Shown here: positions 40,761 to 50,854 of the stretch, piece after piece
How positions within the stretch are numbered: position 1 is the stretch's first letter
Layout: each line of letters begins with the position of its first letter
Assembly (NCBI GenBank): GCA_973895155.1
Contig: OZ316898.1
Location: forward strand, 10,747,755 to 10,811,754
Origin: Marsupella aquatica
Taxonomy: Eukaryota; Plantae; Marchantiophyta
Direction: 5' to 3'
Length of the DNA stretch: 64,000 nucleotides
Translations under genes and position numbers: made by a program
The notes under the pieces: model-generated
What the model was told of the DNA's origin: nothing
The model's input: only the letters and a program-made list of their open reading frames with translations
The model's database searches: none

Positions 40761-41689
40761 TACTTCCTCGTCCCTCGATCATCAGCACAGCCCTTGCTTG
40801 GGCCTCCGAGCCTCCTTCCTGGCTATAAATGTGCTTCCTCACTGGTTCTTCAGGCCACAGACTCTTAAAAGTTTCTCTGATTTCATGAAGGCTGTGGTGT
40901 CCTCGTTGACAATGATGGTTCTGTTTGTATTAATCATGTGAATATATGTTTACAGACCTTCAATTTCAAGGAATTGATGAGACTTTGATAAAATTGAGTA
41001 CGTAAAAACTATGAATTAAGGTGTAACTGAAAGTAGAGTGGTCCTGAGAACATAATCTGGACTTGTGTTGCACATTGATATAATTTCTATTTCTCACAGT
41101 GCTCTCTCTTGCCCAAAATAGCTCTCCGGTTCAGGACTCTAGTTGCCAAATGCTGAGATATTAAGAGCTCCCTTTGTCTGTGTCTAGAAAGATGAACACT
41201 AAGGGCTGTCTTGCATGTAGTGGGCCCTCAGTTTTGGGAGAATTAGTTTTGCAGCCGTGAGGGATGCACCAGAGAAATTTGTAGTGCTGCTACGTGACAC
41301 TGGGCCAGGCAGTTTCCAGCCTTTGCCCTTCAGTCTTCACTTTAACTGCCGTGCAGCCGGGCTAATGAGGGGGTTCAGACATGAAATTCTCAGTGTATAG
41401 TATGATGCCAGATGTTCAGTTTAGAGGGCCGACTAGAGAATTTGGAGCACTGCAGCCTGGCTCGTCAATATTCTTCAGGTTGGTTGGGTAGTTTGAATGT
41501 TCTCCGCATCTTAGCATCGTCCATTCTGGAAGGCTTGATGGTCAAACGGGAATCCTCCAATATTTTCGCTTGTTAATTCCGGAGCTGGCAAGGTATCCCA
41601 TTTATTGATATTTTTAGTTTTGGATTGTGGAGAATGGTTGAAGCCTGTTACGAAAATTCTCTTCTCCCATTTGTCAATGTCTGCAGAGC

Positions 41690-42149
41690 ATGAGGGATGG
41701 CCTGCGGAATCAGCTCCCGGCCGAGCTGTGGGAGCGAGTGCTGTCCTTGTTGTCGGTGCCTGACCTTTGCGACTTCGCAGCGTCTGCAAGATGTGGAATT
41801 CGGTCGTCCGTTCGACAGAATTTGGAGAGACAAGCATGAATTACCAACGGGCTATGACTATGGTGTACCGGCCATGGACGGGGGTTTAGTTTGCACAATT
41901 GTAGAGGAACAGCGTCGAGAGCCGATTCGGATTCACAACAAAATTACAAATCAAGACCGTCAAACACTTATTATTTCCAACCTTGTGGATGGAACATTTA
42001 GAGTACTCCCAGCTCCACCTTTGGATGACATCATTCTTAACAAGCATAAGAATCTGACACTGTCCGGAGAATTGAGAATATGTCGAACACTTACAAGATT
42101 TTACTCCTTAAACTCGAGGGGTTGTTTTAGCACAGGTTCACGTACTTGA
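41690..42149 (+). pseudogene. F-box protein pseudogene
   Basis: From ATG 41690: MRDGLRNQLPAELWERVLSLLSVPDLC, then after a 1-nt frameshift near 41770, RLRSVCKMWNSVVRSTEF (complete F-box motif). A third frame gives F-box-associated motifs MDGGLVC..LIISNLVDGTFRVLPAPP. Confidence 0.75.
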
Positions 42150-43875
42150 ATGTGTAATTAGGGACCCCCCTGAGGGTCCCTTGCAAAATTTGAGAATGTG
42201 TAATTACTGACCCCCATGAGGAGTCCCCTGCAAATTCAAGACTCCACAGCCCCATGAGGAGTCTCTTGCAAAATTTGAGACTCCACAACTTGCCAAGTCA
42301 TCATAGCGTGTTGTAAACAAGAAAAGAAATTTGTTTCCAAATTAAAATAACTCCTCCTTTTGTGTTTGTGATAATTTATGGGTAAAATCTAGAGCGTCAT
42401 GTCATAAAATAGAATATGATTTTATTTGACATAATCATTTTAGTTATCTTTTCTTCTTATTAAGTAAAAACATAAGATGAGTAATAAATACTTGAATATT
42501 CGCAGCAATTGAAACTAATTATGGCAACCTTAACCAACTCTGCAAACTATCATTTGTGGGGTTTGCTCAAAGACAATTTCCCCTTTAAATACTTGTCTGA
42601 CTCTCAGCTTCTCAATGAATATAACTTCCACCCTTATTTCTACAATTGGTATATGTCTGGACTGTGAGATGGCTGTATTGTCGTTGGCCTTTTCATCTAA
42701 CCCTGTCCATGTGATTCGAGGTGCTCCAACCTCTAGTCATACTCGTGGTTTCCGATTCAGCTCTGGCAACTGGCTCGTGGTAATACAAGTTTGCATCTAT
42801 GGAAATCTAGGTGCTCTCAGGAAAGGGAGAAGGTGCTTGGAATCCAGATTAAAATTTGGAGGGAGCTCAGGTTGTGCATTAAGATTGCTTGGTCAAAGGG
42901 TTAGCTTGTCTCCCGGTGTTGGGACGTTGCAGACAAGAGCTGCAGGGGCAGATGGCCAGAGATTTTGGACAAGATGGAGGATTGTATTGGCTGATGGACA
43001 ATTTGGTCTTAGTGGATTATAGTCTGCGTGGGCCTTTTATCCATCTTGAAAGTTATCTTTGGGCCTTGTTATTAGTCTGTCAGTTTCGGGTGCCAAGGGT
43101 GTTACCGTGTTAGGGGGTAGATTTGCAGATCATGGTAAATCCTTCTTCATTGCGGTTTGCACCTATTTTCAGATGTTTAGATCTAAGTTTCTTGCTAGGC
43201 CTCGTCCTATACTCTGGGCTGAGTCAATCCTCAGGTTTGCCGGTGTTAGTCAAATTGTTTTGGTTGGGAACATTTGGTTGCCTCGCACCGCTTTCCTTCT
43301 CGCCCTTGTCCACTTGACTGAACATGATTGTTTGGTCTTTGCATGACGTTTGGCCTTGTGACCTGTCTTGGTCGTTTGGTCTTTGTGTGACTTTTGGCCT
43401 TCTTACATGTCTTGGTCTGGCTGGTCACTCCAGTTTTGTTGGGTTCAACTTTTCTCATAAATAAAGTGCTCCTTTCAAGAAGGAAAGAAAGAAAGAAAAA
43501 GTGACAGGCCAGGGTTCCAATTTGAATGTATTGGAATGTGTTTGGTACTTGTCTGACATTTGGCCTTTACACATGTCTTGCTCTGGCCTGTCACTCCCTT
43601 TTAATTGGATAAAGCTTTTCTCATAAATCAGGTGTTTTTCTCAAGAAAGAAAGGAAAACAGGGAAAGAAAAGGGAAAAAAAAAGTGGCAGGCCAGGAATA
43701 TGAAGCCGGGATAAACCTTTAGGTTTGTCAAAATGCTCCCAAGGCATGGAATATGAAGCCGGGATAAACCTTTAGGTTTATCAAAATGCTCCCAAGGCAT
43801 GGATCTGATCCCAAGGCAACTCAGATGGATTGCATTGTACTCACAATGTGACAGAAAACATTTCCAAATAGTCCA

Positions 43876-43969
43876 AGTATCATACCAATACGCGTTTTAA
43901 AGTTTTGATTGATATTTGTGGCGTTGATCATCCCTCTCGAAAACGAAGATTCGAAGTAGTTTATAATTT
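43876..43969 (+). pseudogene. nad9: mitochondrial nad9 internal fragment (NUMT)
   Basis: KYHTNTRFKVLIDICGVDHPSRKRRFEVVYN; CAT at 43929 where Tyr is conserved. Confidence 0.85.
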
Positions 43970-44176
43970 CGTTTGGCTCTTGGAATCACATCCAATGGTT
44001 GGAACAGCTTGCAAAATCTAACAACCTTACCCACTTTATCGCCCTCAATCGTTTTTTGTACTTCTATCGAAACAGAATGGTTCCATGTTATTTCATTAAT
44101 AGGATATTTACTTTTGTTTCTATTTTTTTATCCCATTCTAGTCTCAATAACTTTTCAAACTTGCCTGGCAAAATGA
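43970..44176 (+). pseudogene. ccmB: mitochondrial ccmB 3' fragment (NUMT)
   Basis: LALGITSNGWNSLQNLTTLPTLSPSIVFCTSIETEWFHVISLIGYLLLFLFFYPILVSITFQTCLAK* matches the ccmB C-terminus. Confidence 0.82.
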
Positions 44177-44564
44177 TTTAAAATTCTTTTCACCAATTTT
44201 TCCTCTGGTCAAGTGTCTCGATTTGATCGACCCTAAACATAAAAAGTGGAAGTGTGCACGCTGCCGTGAAAAAGACCTACCTCGGCATATATGCCGCCCT
44301 TAACCTTTCGATTAATCGCCGGGAGGCCGTTACAAAAGGCTAAGAGGGGCAGGGGGATGAACGATAGCCTTGAAATTTTAAGGTGTTAGCCTAACGAGCC
44401 AGTCCCCGGACTAATTCGGCGGTTAGGTAGTGCCCTCGCTTTGGTACGAAAGGTCCGAAGGCACGGTCCGAAGGATACTTTACTTCTTTTGAAAAATATA
44501 TATATGAATGAAAAACAAATATATAACTATCTACCGGTTTTGCGAAAAAAGAAAGATACGATTT

Positions 44565-44633
44565 ATGGATAACCAATTGTTTTTCAAATCTCTAATAGCT
44601 ACTTCACCGAAAAGGACACATAAATGTCGAACG
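44565..44633 (+). pseudogene. nad9: mitochondrial nad9 5' fragment (NUMT)
   Basis: MDNQLFFKSLIATSPKRTHKCRT versus the nad9 N-terminus MDNQLFFKSLIATLPKWIHKCQT. Confidence 0.78.
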
Positions 44634-44699
44634 GTATCTAAAGCACCTGAAAACTGCGCGAAGATGCCCAAGAGCATCCAATTCCGAGCATTCGGTGGA

Positions 44700-45007
44700 A
44701 CCGGTGAACCATTTGTACGTTTGGATTTACGAATGGGGCAGAGGGCCTTTAGCTATGAAAGGCAAAGGACAAGGGCCTTTCTAAGCTTCAGCTCTCCCCG
44801 CCCCGGTGGAAGAGGAGGTTCGGCTTGGACCGAGCGTCTTCGTGCCCTCTGGAAACACTGTCAGAAAGAGCAGTTCAAGGCAGAAGGCCTGTTTCGGCTC
44901 ATGAAAGACATAAATCTGTGGATAGCGGCCTATAAGAAGCTGTCACTAGGCTCTAAGAACGGTGGTGAAAGACCGAAAGGCACCTTGATCAAAGCACTAG
45001 AAACACT
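44700..45007 (+). pseudogene. mitochondrial group II intron maturase/RT N-terminal fragment (NUMT)
   Basis: GGRGGSAWTERLRALWKHCQKEQFKAEGLFRLMKDINLWIAAYKKL resembles RT domain 0 of bryophyte mitochondrial intron ORFs. Confidence 0.6.
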
Positions 45008-47080
45008 GCAATTGTATGGTTTCTGTCTAGGGTCCATGGGAGCATCATTTTGGGACTCACAATGTGACAGAAAACATTTCCAATTAGTCCATCCCAATTG
45101 TATGGTTTTTGTCTGGGGTCCATGGGAGCATCATTTTGGGCAGGCCAAAGTTAGAACTTGAACGTATTGGAAAGCGTATCGTATACCATACCGTATTGTG
45201 ACCACGTAGGTTTGGTCACGGGCCTGACCGTACTCATCTACAGTATGTACAGATAAGCTTGATCGTAACAGTCCGAAGGTTTCTTGATACAAAGCCCAAA
45301 TTTCAGTCCTTCCTCATTCATCAGTGATGAGAGTGCGTCTCGAGACCATGCAGCAATCAATCCTCAATCCTTCTCTTTCCGATCCGTCCGTGCTGAGCGA
45401 CCCCAAATAGACGAGGCGACTCACCACGATGTCCTCAAGTTACGTGAGCTAAAGCTATTGACGGAAACGCACACAAGCCACTGTCGTGGATTAAAGAGAC
45501 ACTGTTGCGAACTGTGTTTCCCATCAAACTAGCGGGCCTCGAGCTGTTGGCATGGATTTGGATCCTGAAGCGCGGTATGAAAACCCAATTCTGATCAAGC
45601 ATGCGGACGACCACTCGCCACACACGTGAAAACTGATTGTTACATGAGGGGCAACGTTCTACAAGGAGAGAGGACGGACACGAGTTGCGGGTTCATCGGA
45701 TATTATTCATTGAATTGTCGAGCCGGGATTCTAGATCGTCGCTTCAGCGTATTTGACTCGGTAATTTTACTCGCATAGCAGATAGGCTTGATAGGGAAAA
45801 GCTCGAGATTGTTGTGGTGAATGGAAGAAATCGAGAAATATTGATGTTTGGCGACGATAAAATTGGGAAGTTAGTCCTGTACATGAGTGAACGTTAACGC
45901 AATTGCGACCCGTATTCCTGCGTTGAATGAAGAGAATTATGTAGAAAGACGGAATGCTGATCAATGAGGAGCAGCCGGGTTCCTCTAGTAAGTGGCCAAC
46001 ACGGCCATGCCTGCCTGGATCAGACTCTGTGGCCCGGGATCGGAGTGGATTGAGTGGGCACCGAACGGTTTGTCTTCAACTACTGTTCGAGGTTGTTGAA
46101 CAGTTCAAGTTGAATGATTATGTACGTAATTTGGAACAGGGAAGTTTGTATTTTGAGGAAAAGTTGAAGAAAAATGCGTAGACAGTGATATATGGATAAG
46201 CAGTTGCCCAGGAGAAGGTTAGATCCTGATGGACTGCTGCTGGTCAGTGAGGAACACGAGCGCCACGAATAAAGGTCGCCGCAGGAAAGTGTTGGAGGTA
46301 TGCTCGATCAATACTGTCGCTCACCAGCAAGAGCAGCATTGCAAGTGCGGACCTCTTTCTTAAGCTCCCTGGCTCTGTGGTCGATTACTTTTTTTAATTT
46401 CTCCTCTCTGCTGTAGGCTAGGTCATCCGCAGGAGCAGCATTGCAAATGTACATTCTTTCTGAAGTTCGCATTAACTTGGTGCGTAGTTTTTGCTTTCGT
46501 ACGTCTTTCATTATTATAGCAAAATTGCAAGATTGAACAGCATTATTTACAAATGTCAGAAGACAGTTCTCCTTTTCCGATCGCAACGTGCTTTTCTTAC
46601 GTATGCCTGATCACTTTTGTAGCTCACCTCCAGGAAGACCAGCATTGCAAATTTGCATCCTCAGTGGCTGTCTAGTCTATGCTTTCTTGATTTCACAAGT
46701 TTACAAATGTGCAAAAATCAGTGCGATAAAACGAGGCACCATATCTTTATGTATGCGTCTAGACACTTGTGACACTCCGTCTGAGATGCAAAAGGATGCG
46801 AATTGTGCCAATTTGCAAGTCCCTTTGATTGTGAAGTGCTGACAGATTGCGTTTCCCTTTCTTATCAACGCAGCCTGAGCACCTCTCCAACGACGTAGCA
46901 TTCAAGTATGCATGCTTCGCAGTTTAGTCTTTGGCAATAGGTCCCTGAAAATCCTTCAAATTCACTTAGATTTCCAAGTTACCAGCCTGGACGGATCAAC
47001 GTCACACAGCTGTTCTGAATCTTCACAACCGTAATAATTTTCGCCTCACGGCAATCCCTGCAAGGAAACTACGGTAGACG

Positions 47081-48655
47081 ATGTCGACAGAGAAATTCTA
47101 TGGTGGTAGCAACGGAGCACCCGAGCGTCGAGATCAAGTGAGACCAGTCTTCATAACCAGAAAAGGAATCGTGACTTTTGGAGTTATTCTCATAATCTTC
47201 ATCCTTTTCCTCGGAGAAACCAGCCTTCCAAAAGTGACGGTCGTCCACAATTGGTCCACGCAACACCTCTCTATGGACACTAACCAGTTTGGCTCATGTC
47301 AAGATCTGCAACTCAATCGCCCCCAGAGCTTCAGCCCCAGTAAACTCCTGATTATGACAAGGCCAACGGTCCAAGATGCCTACAAGACCTTGATAACCCG
47401 CGCCTCCAATCTCACATCTCGAAGAAGGCCCACAGATCGAGAGTTCCAGACAGTCATCGAGCCCAACCGAAACGTCAAAGAATTCGGTCTCACGGTAGTG
47501 AGAAATGTTTGCATGCGACCAGATGGACCCATTGTAATGGTCGGCCTTTCAGCGGATAAAATTCTTGAGCAGGTCTCAAAGGTTCCAAAGGTTCAACAGG
47601 ACTGGTTCTTGAGTTACAACAACTCACCAAGTTGGGGAGGTGTGGGCTTCGAAGAGATGGCGGTGGATAAGGTTCCAGCAGATGTCAGGTGGGTACCAGG
47701 GACGACTACTCACATCATTCCCCACCTCGGAAACGTGTTCCACCACTTTGCAGACCGTCTGTGGCCACACATTGTGGGCTTCCAGTATCCCCTGAATGAG
47801 ACCACTCCACACCCTATCGATCATTTTCTCGTTCACCGCTTCAGCACATGGATGCTCCAAGCGGAGCACAACGTGGATCGACACACGTTCATGTACCAGA
47901 TCAGAATTCTTGGAGAGCTCGCTCTCGGTGCTGATTTCTTGGTGATGGATGGATTGGAGCAGCAGGACTTGGTGTGCTACGAGAGGTTGTTGCTAGCTTG
48001 TGCAACGTGTGACAGGATGAGCGATTGGCTCGGTTACGACATCACCAAGCCTGCCCTACTTCGCTACAGGCATGCTGCACTGTCTTACTTAGGCATATTA
48101 AGCGAGCCTGCCATACCTCTCCCTCCTCGCCCATTGAGGGTGACGTTCTATGCTAGAGGGGACACGAAAAGAAGACGAATTGCAAATGGTCAAGACGTGG
48201 TCAACCATCTTAGAAGGTACACAAATCCACCATTGGATGTCACCTTTATCGATGAGCTTCTAGCAGCTGGTGAGTACAACCAATCATTTCCGGAAGTTGT
48301 ATCCCTCTTCTCTCAGACGGATATCTTTATAACAGTCCATGGGGCTAACACCTGGGCTGCTCTCTTTATGCCCAAGTACAGTGGGGTGATTGAGATTGAA
48401 GGACCGTGTGGACCGTTCTCGTGGCTTCAGCTCGTTGTGAATGCTGTTGATTTGAAGCATGACACGAGTAATCCTTGGGGCGAAAGGGTTGCTTCTCCCG
48501 ACGCTGGAAACGTTACCCTGTGCGAGGGCCCATATCAAACTCCTGATTTTACTGTAGATGTTCGTAAACTGGACGCAGCCATTCACCAATTGGCTCTTCC
48601 AACCTTTGGCTTCAACGACATCCTTACTCGTCATTGGCTGCATGATAGATCGTGA
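47081..48655 (+). CDS. GT61/DUF563-like glycosyltransferase, type II membrane protein, 524 aa, intronless
   Basis: Uninterrupted ORF; N-terminal TM IVTFGVILIIFILFLG; GNVFHHFAD; FYARGDTKRRRIAN; FSQTDIFITVHGANTWAALFMPKYSGVIEI, the GT61 HGA motif region. Confidence 0.8.
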   Translation: MSTEKFYGGSNGAPERRDQVRPVFITRKGIVTFGVILIIFILFLGETSLPKVTVVHNWSTQHLSMDTNQFGSCQDLQLNRPQSFSPSKLLIMTRPTVQDAYKTLITRASNLTSRRRPTDREFQTVIEPNRNVKEFGLTVVRNVCMRPDGPIVMVGLSADKILEQVSKVPKVQQDWFLSYNNSPSWGGVGFEEMAVDKVPADVRWVPGTTTHIIPHLGNVFHHFADRLWPHIVGFQYPLNETTPHPIDHFLVHRFSTWMLQAEHNVDRHTFMYQIRILGELALGADFLVMDGLEQQDLVCYERLLLACATCDRMSDWLGYDITKPALLRYRHAALSYLGILSEPAIPLPPRPLRVTFYARGDTKRRRIANGQDVVNHLRRYTNPPLDVTFIDELLAAGEYNQSFPEVVSLFSQTDIFITVHGANTWAALFMPKYSGVIEIEGPCGPFSWLQLVVNAVDLKHDTSNPWGERVASPDAGNVTLCEGPYQTPDFTVDVRKLDAAIHQLALPTFGFNDILTRHWLHDRS

Positions 48656-50217
48656 CTTAGAAGCAGTTGAAATGATGATTTACAGCATTTTTACAATTCG
48701 TGAAGCTTTTTTGAGGCGTATCTGCCCCAAAAACATTTTTTCCCCCCTGCTCTGTGTAGAAACGCACCCCATTCACTCACTAAGTGCCGTTTAGCCAACG
48801 GTGTGCAAGTATGAATTGGGCTTGGTGTCTTCGATGGCAAGGTTTATGAATCTTGGGTACTGATTATGAGACACATCTTTATGTACCAGAGTCTGATACT
48901 TGCCACTGGTCCCTATATCTTCAAGATTTGATTTCTACTGTACATGTTACAACTGTGGGAGACTTTCCTTGATCCCATCTATTGAACAAAAAATCTCACC
49001 CTGATGATGAGCACTCAGTAACAGAGAATTCTGAGCGCTGTGGGGAATTAATGGCGGAAATGGAAAACTCTGCGATGAGAAGTGGCATTGATGTCTATGA
49101 TATTGATATAACTTACTTCTTGGCTAGGAAGCCATTAAGTGTTGTGTTGGCCAGAATTGTAGGTGAAATTGCCCCCATTCCCGCCATTGTACGAAAGATT
49201 ATCAGGCATTGCTTGAGTTTTTCTAGCTGTGTAAAGCGACAACTAGCGCATCCATGCCAAGCAGCTGGGGGGGTGGAAGATTTCAAGGAAGGAGTAAACT
49301 GTCAGTTGAGATATGAGTCTCCCATCTTTTCCCTTCTACTTTAAGGTGTATGAGTCGAAATTCCACCGTGGCATAGAATTGAGGCTCCTATGTCGATCCT
49401 TATGATTGCTTGACGGAGAAAGAGCTGTTTCGGATGTCATTTGTCAATTCTAAGACATAACCACGTTTGTTGGGAGATGAGTTTCTAATAAGCTGTTTAA
49501 TTCTCTTCTTCGCGCTTTGTTAATTTGACTAAATTGTTAGGCAAACTAGGGCTGCATGACGAAATGTCAATCTTATGCGTATGTTTCGCTGTAGAGTGAA
49601 CTCTTCTTTTGAGCTCTTTGTACTAATCTGGATATGTCTTGTGAACTGTTACCTAGAACTCAACTGCTTCAAAACTGTGCTTTGTTAGAACTGAATTGGA
49701 GATGAGAGGCTGCAAGTCTTCAGGTGGACAGCAACCGTGACGAGATCGAACATGAGGACTACTTATTCGTTCCCAGTTCGGCCACTAATTTGATACCAAG
49801 AACGAGAAGGGCTCCCTCGAATCAAGTGAATGGACTACCAATTATCAATGACGAATAGCTGGTCGAAAGTCATGTTAGCAAGCTTTGTTGATCGAGATGC
49901 AACAACACACCTGCGGAAATTAGCTATATGTATACACTTGTCACCCTAAAGTTTCTGGATTTCTACCTCCGTTCTAGCTTCTAACGTGGACAGTTCAGCA
50001 CTGCGTCATCCTCTGGGCTTCAGTTACATATGCAGGGCAGGACACAGACGACAAAAAATGTTGGTAGGAATGTATAACAAGCTCAGCACCAGGAATAAGA
50101 AATGACATTGTTAGTGCACACCATCGCTCAGAAGAGTATGAAGGTCGCACGATAGAGCTGGCACCAAAGATGCACAGATTTAGGCGCTACAAGGTGAAGT
50201 ACAAAAAGCCGACCAAG

Positions 50218-50370
50218 ACATTCAAAAGCAGTTTCAGAGTATTTCCAACTTGGAAGAGAAGAATGAGAAGTGGCAGACAGAGAGCCAGGTGGATACATTC
50301 AAAGGCAGTTTCAGAGCATTTCCACCTTGGCAGAGAAAAATGAGAAGTGGCAGACAGAAGGTCAGGTGGA
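50218..50370. repeat. ~77-bp tandem duplication
   Basis: ACATTCAAA.GCAGTTTCAGAG.ATTTCCA.CTTGG.AGAGAA..ATGAGAAGTGGCAGACAGA..CAGGTGGAT at 50218 and 50295. Confidence 0.8.
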
Positions 50371-50854
50371 TGACACCGGGAAGTTATTGTAAACGCGGTT
50401 CCTTTTTGCTTCCTCTCCAATAGCTAGTTGACATCCACCTTATCTGCCACTCCTCATTCTTCTCAACTCGCAAACTTTCCTCCAAGTTGAAACTACTCTA
50501 TGCCATCCTTGAATGCCTTGGTCGACCTTTTGCATATGATCTTGTGGTGTTTTAATTGTGCATCTTTGGTGGCCAATTCTATCGTTCGATCTCCATAGCT
50601 TTTCTAATGACAAAGTCATTTCTCATTCCCGTCAATCATGATGTTCAGATTGTTGAGCTGGGTTTCTTCCGCCGTTTTACTATCTACCGCAGACAGTTGT
50701 AGCACCACGTTCATTCTCTGGGCTTCCACCTACTGCAATATAGGTCGAGCGGCATTCCTCGCTTCCTGAATACATTTCGCGTAAGGAATTCATCTCCATC
50801 AAACCTCTATTCTTCGAAATTTCCCAAATTCAGATGTGACTTTCTGAGATTAAT

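Larger units (their letters stand above)
43876..45007 (+). other. NUMT: mosaic nuclear insertion of mitochondrial DNA
   Basis: Contains an internal nad9 fragment, the ccmB 3' end, intergenic mtDNA-like sequence, the nad9 5' end and a group II intron maturase fragment, in non-native order. Flanked by nuclear repeats. Confidence 0.85.

Noticed and set aside
42500-43690. Degenerate LINE 3' ends with AATAAA and A-rich tails
   Set aside because: Suggestive (duplicated tail), but no RT motif or TSD could be confirmed.
43876-45007. Functional nuclear transfer of nad9 or ccmB
   Set aside because: Fragments are partial, out of order, unedited and lack a targeting peptide.
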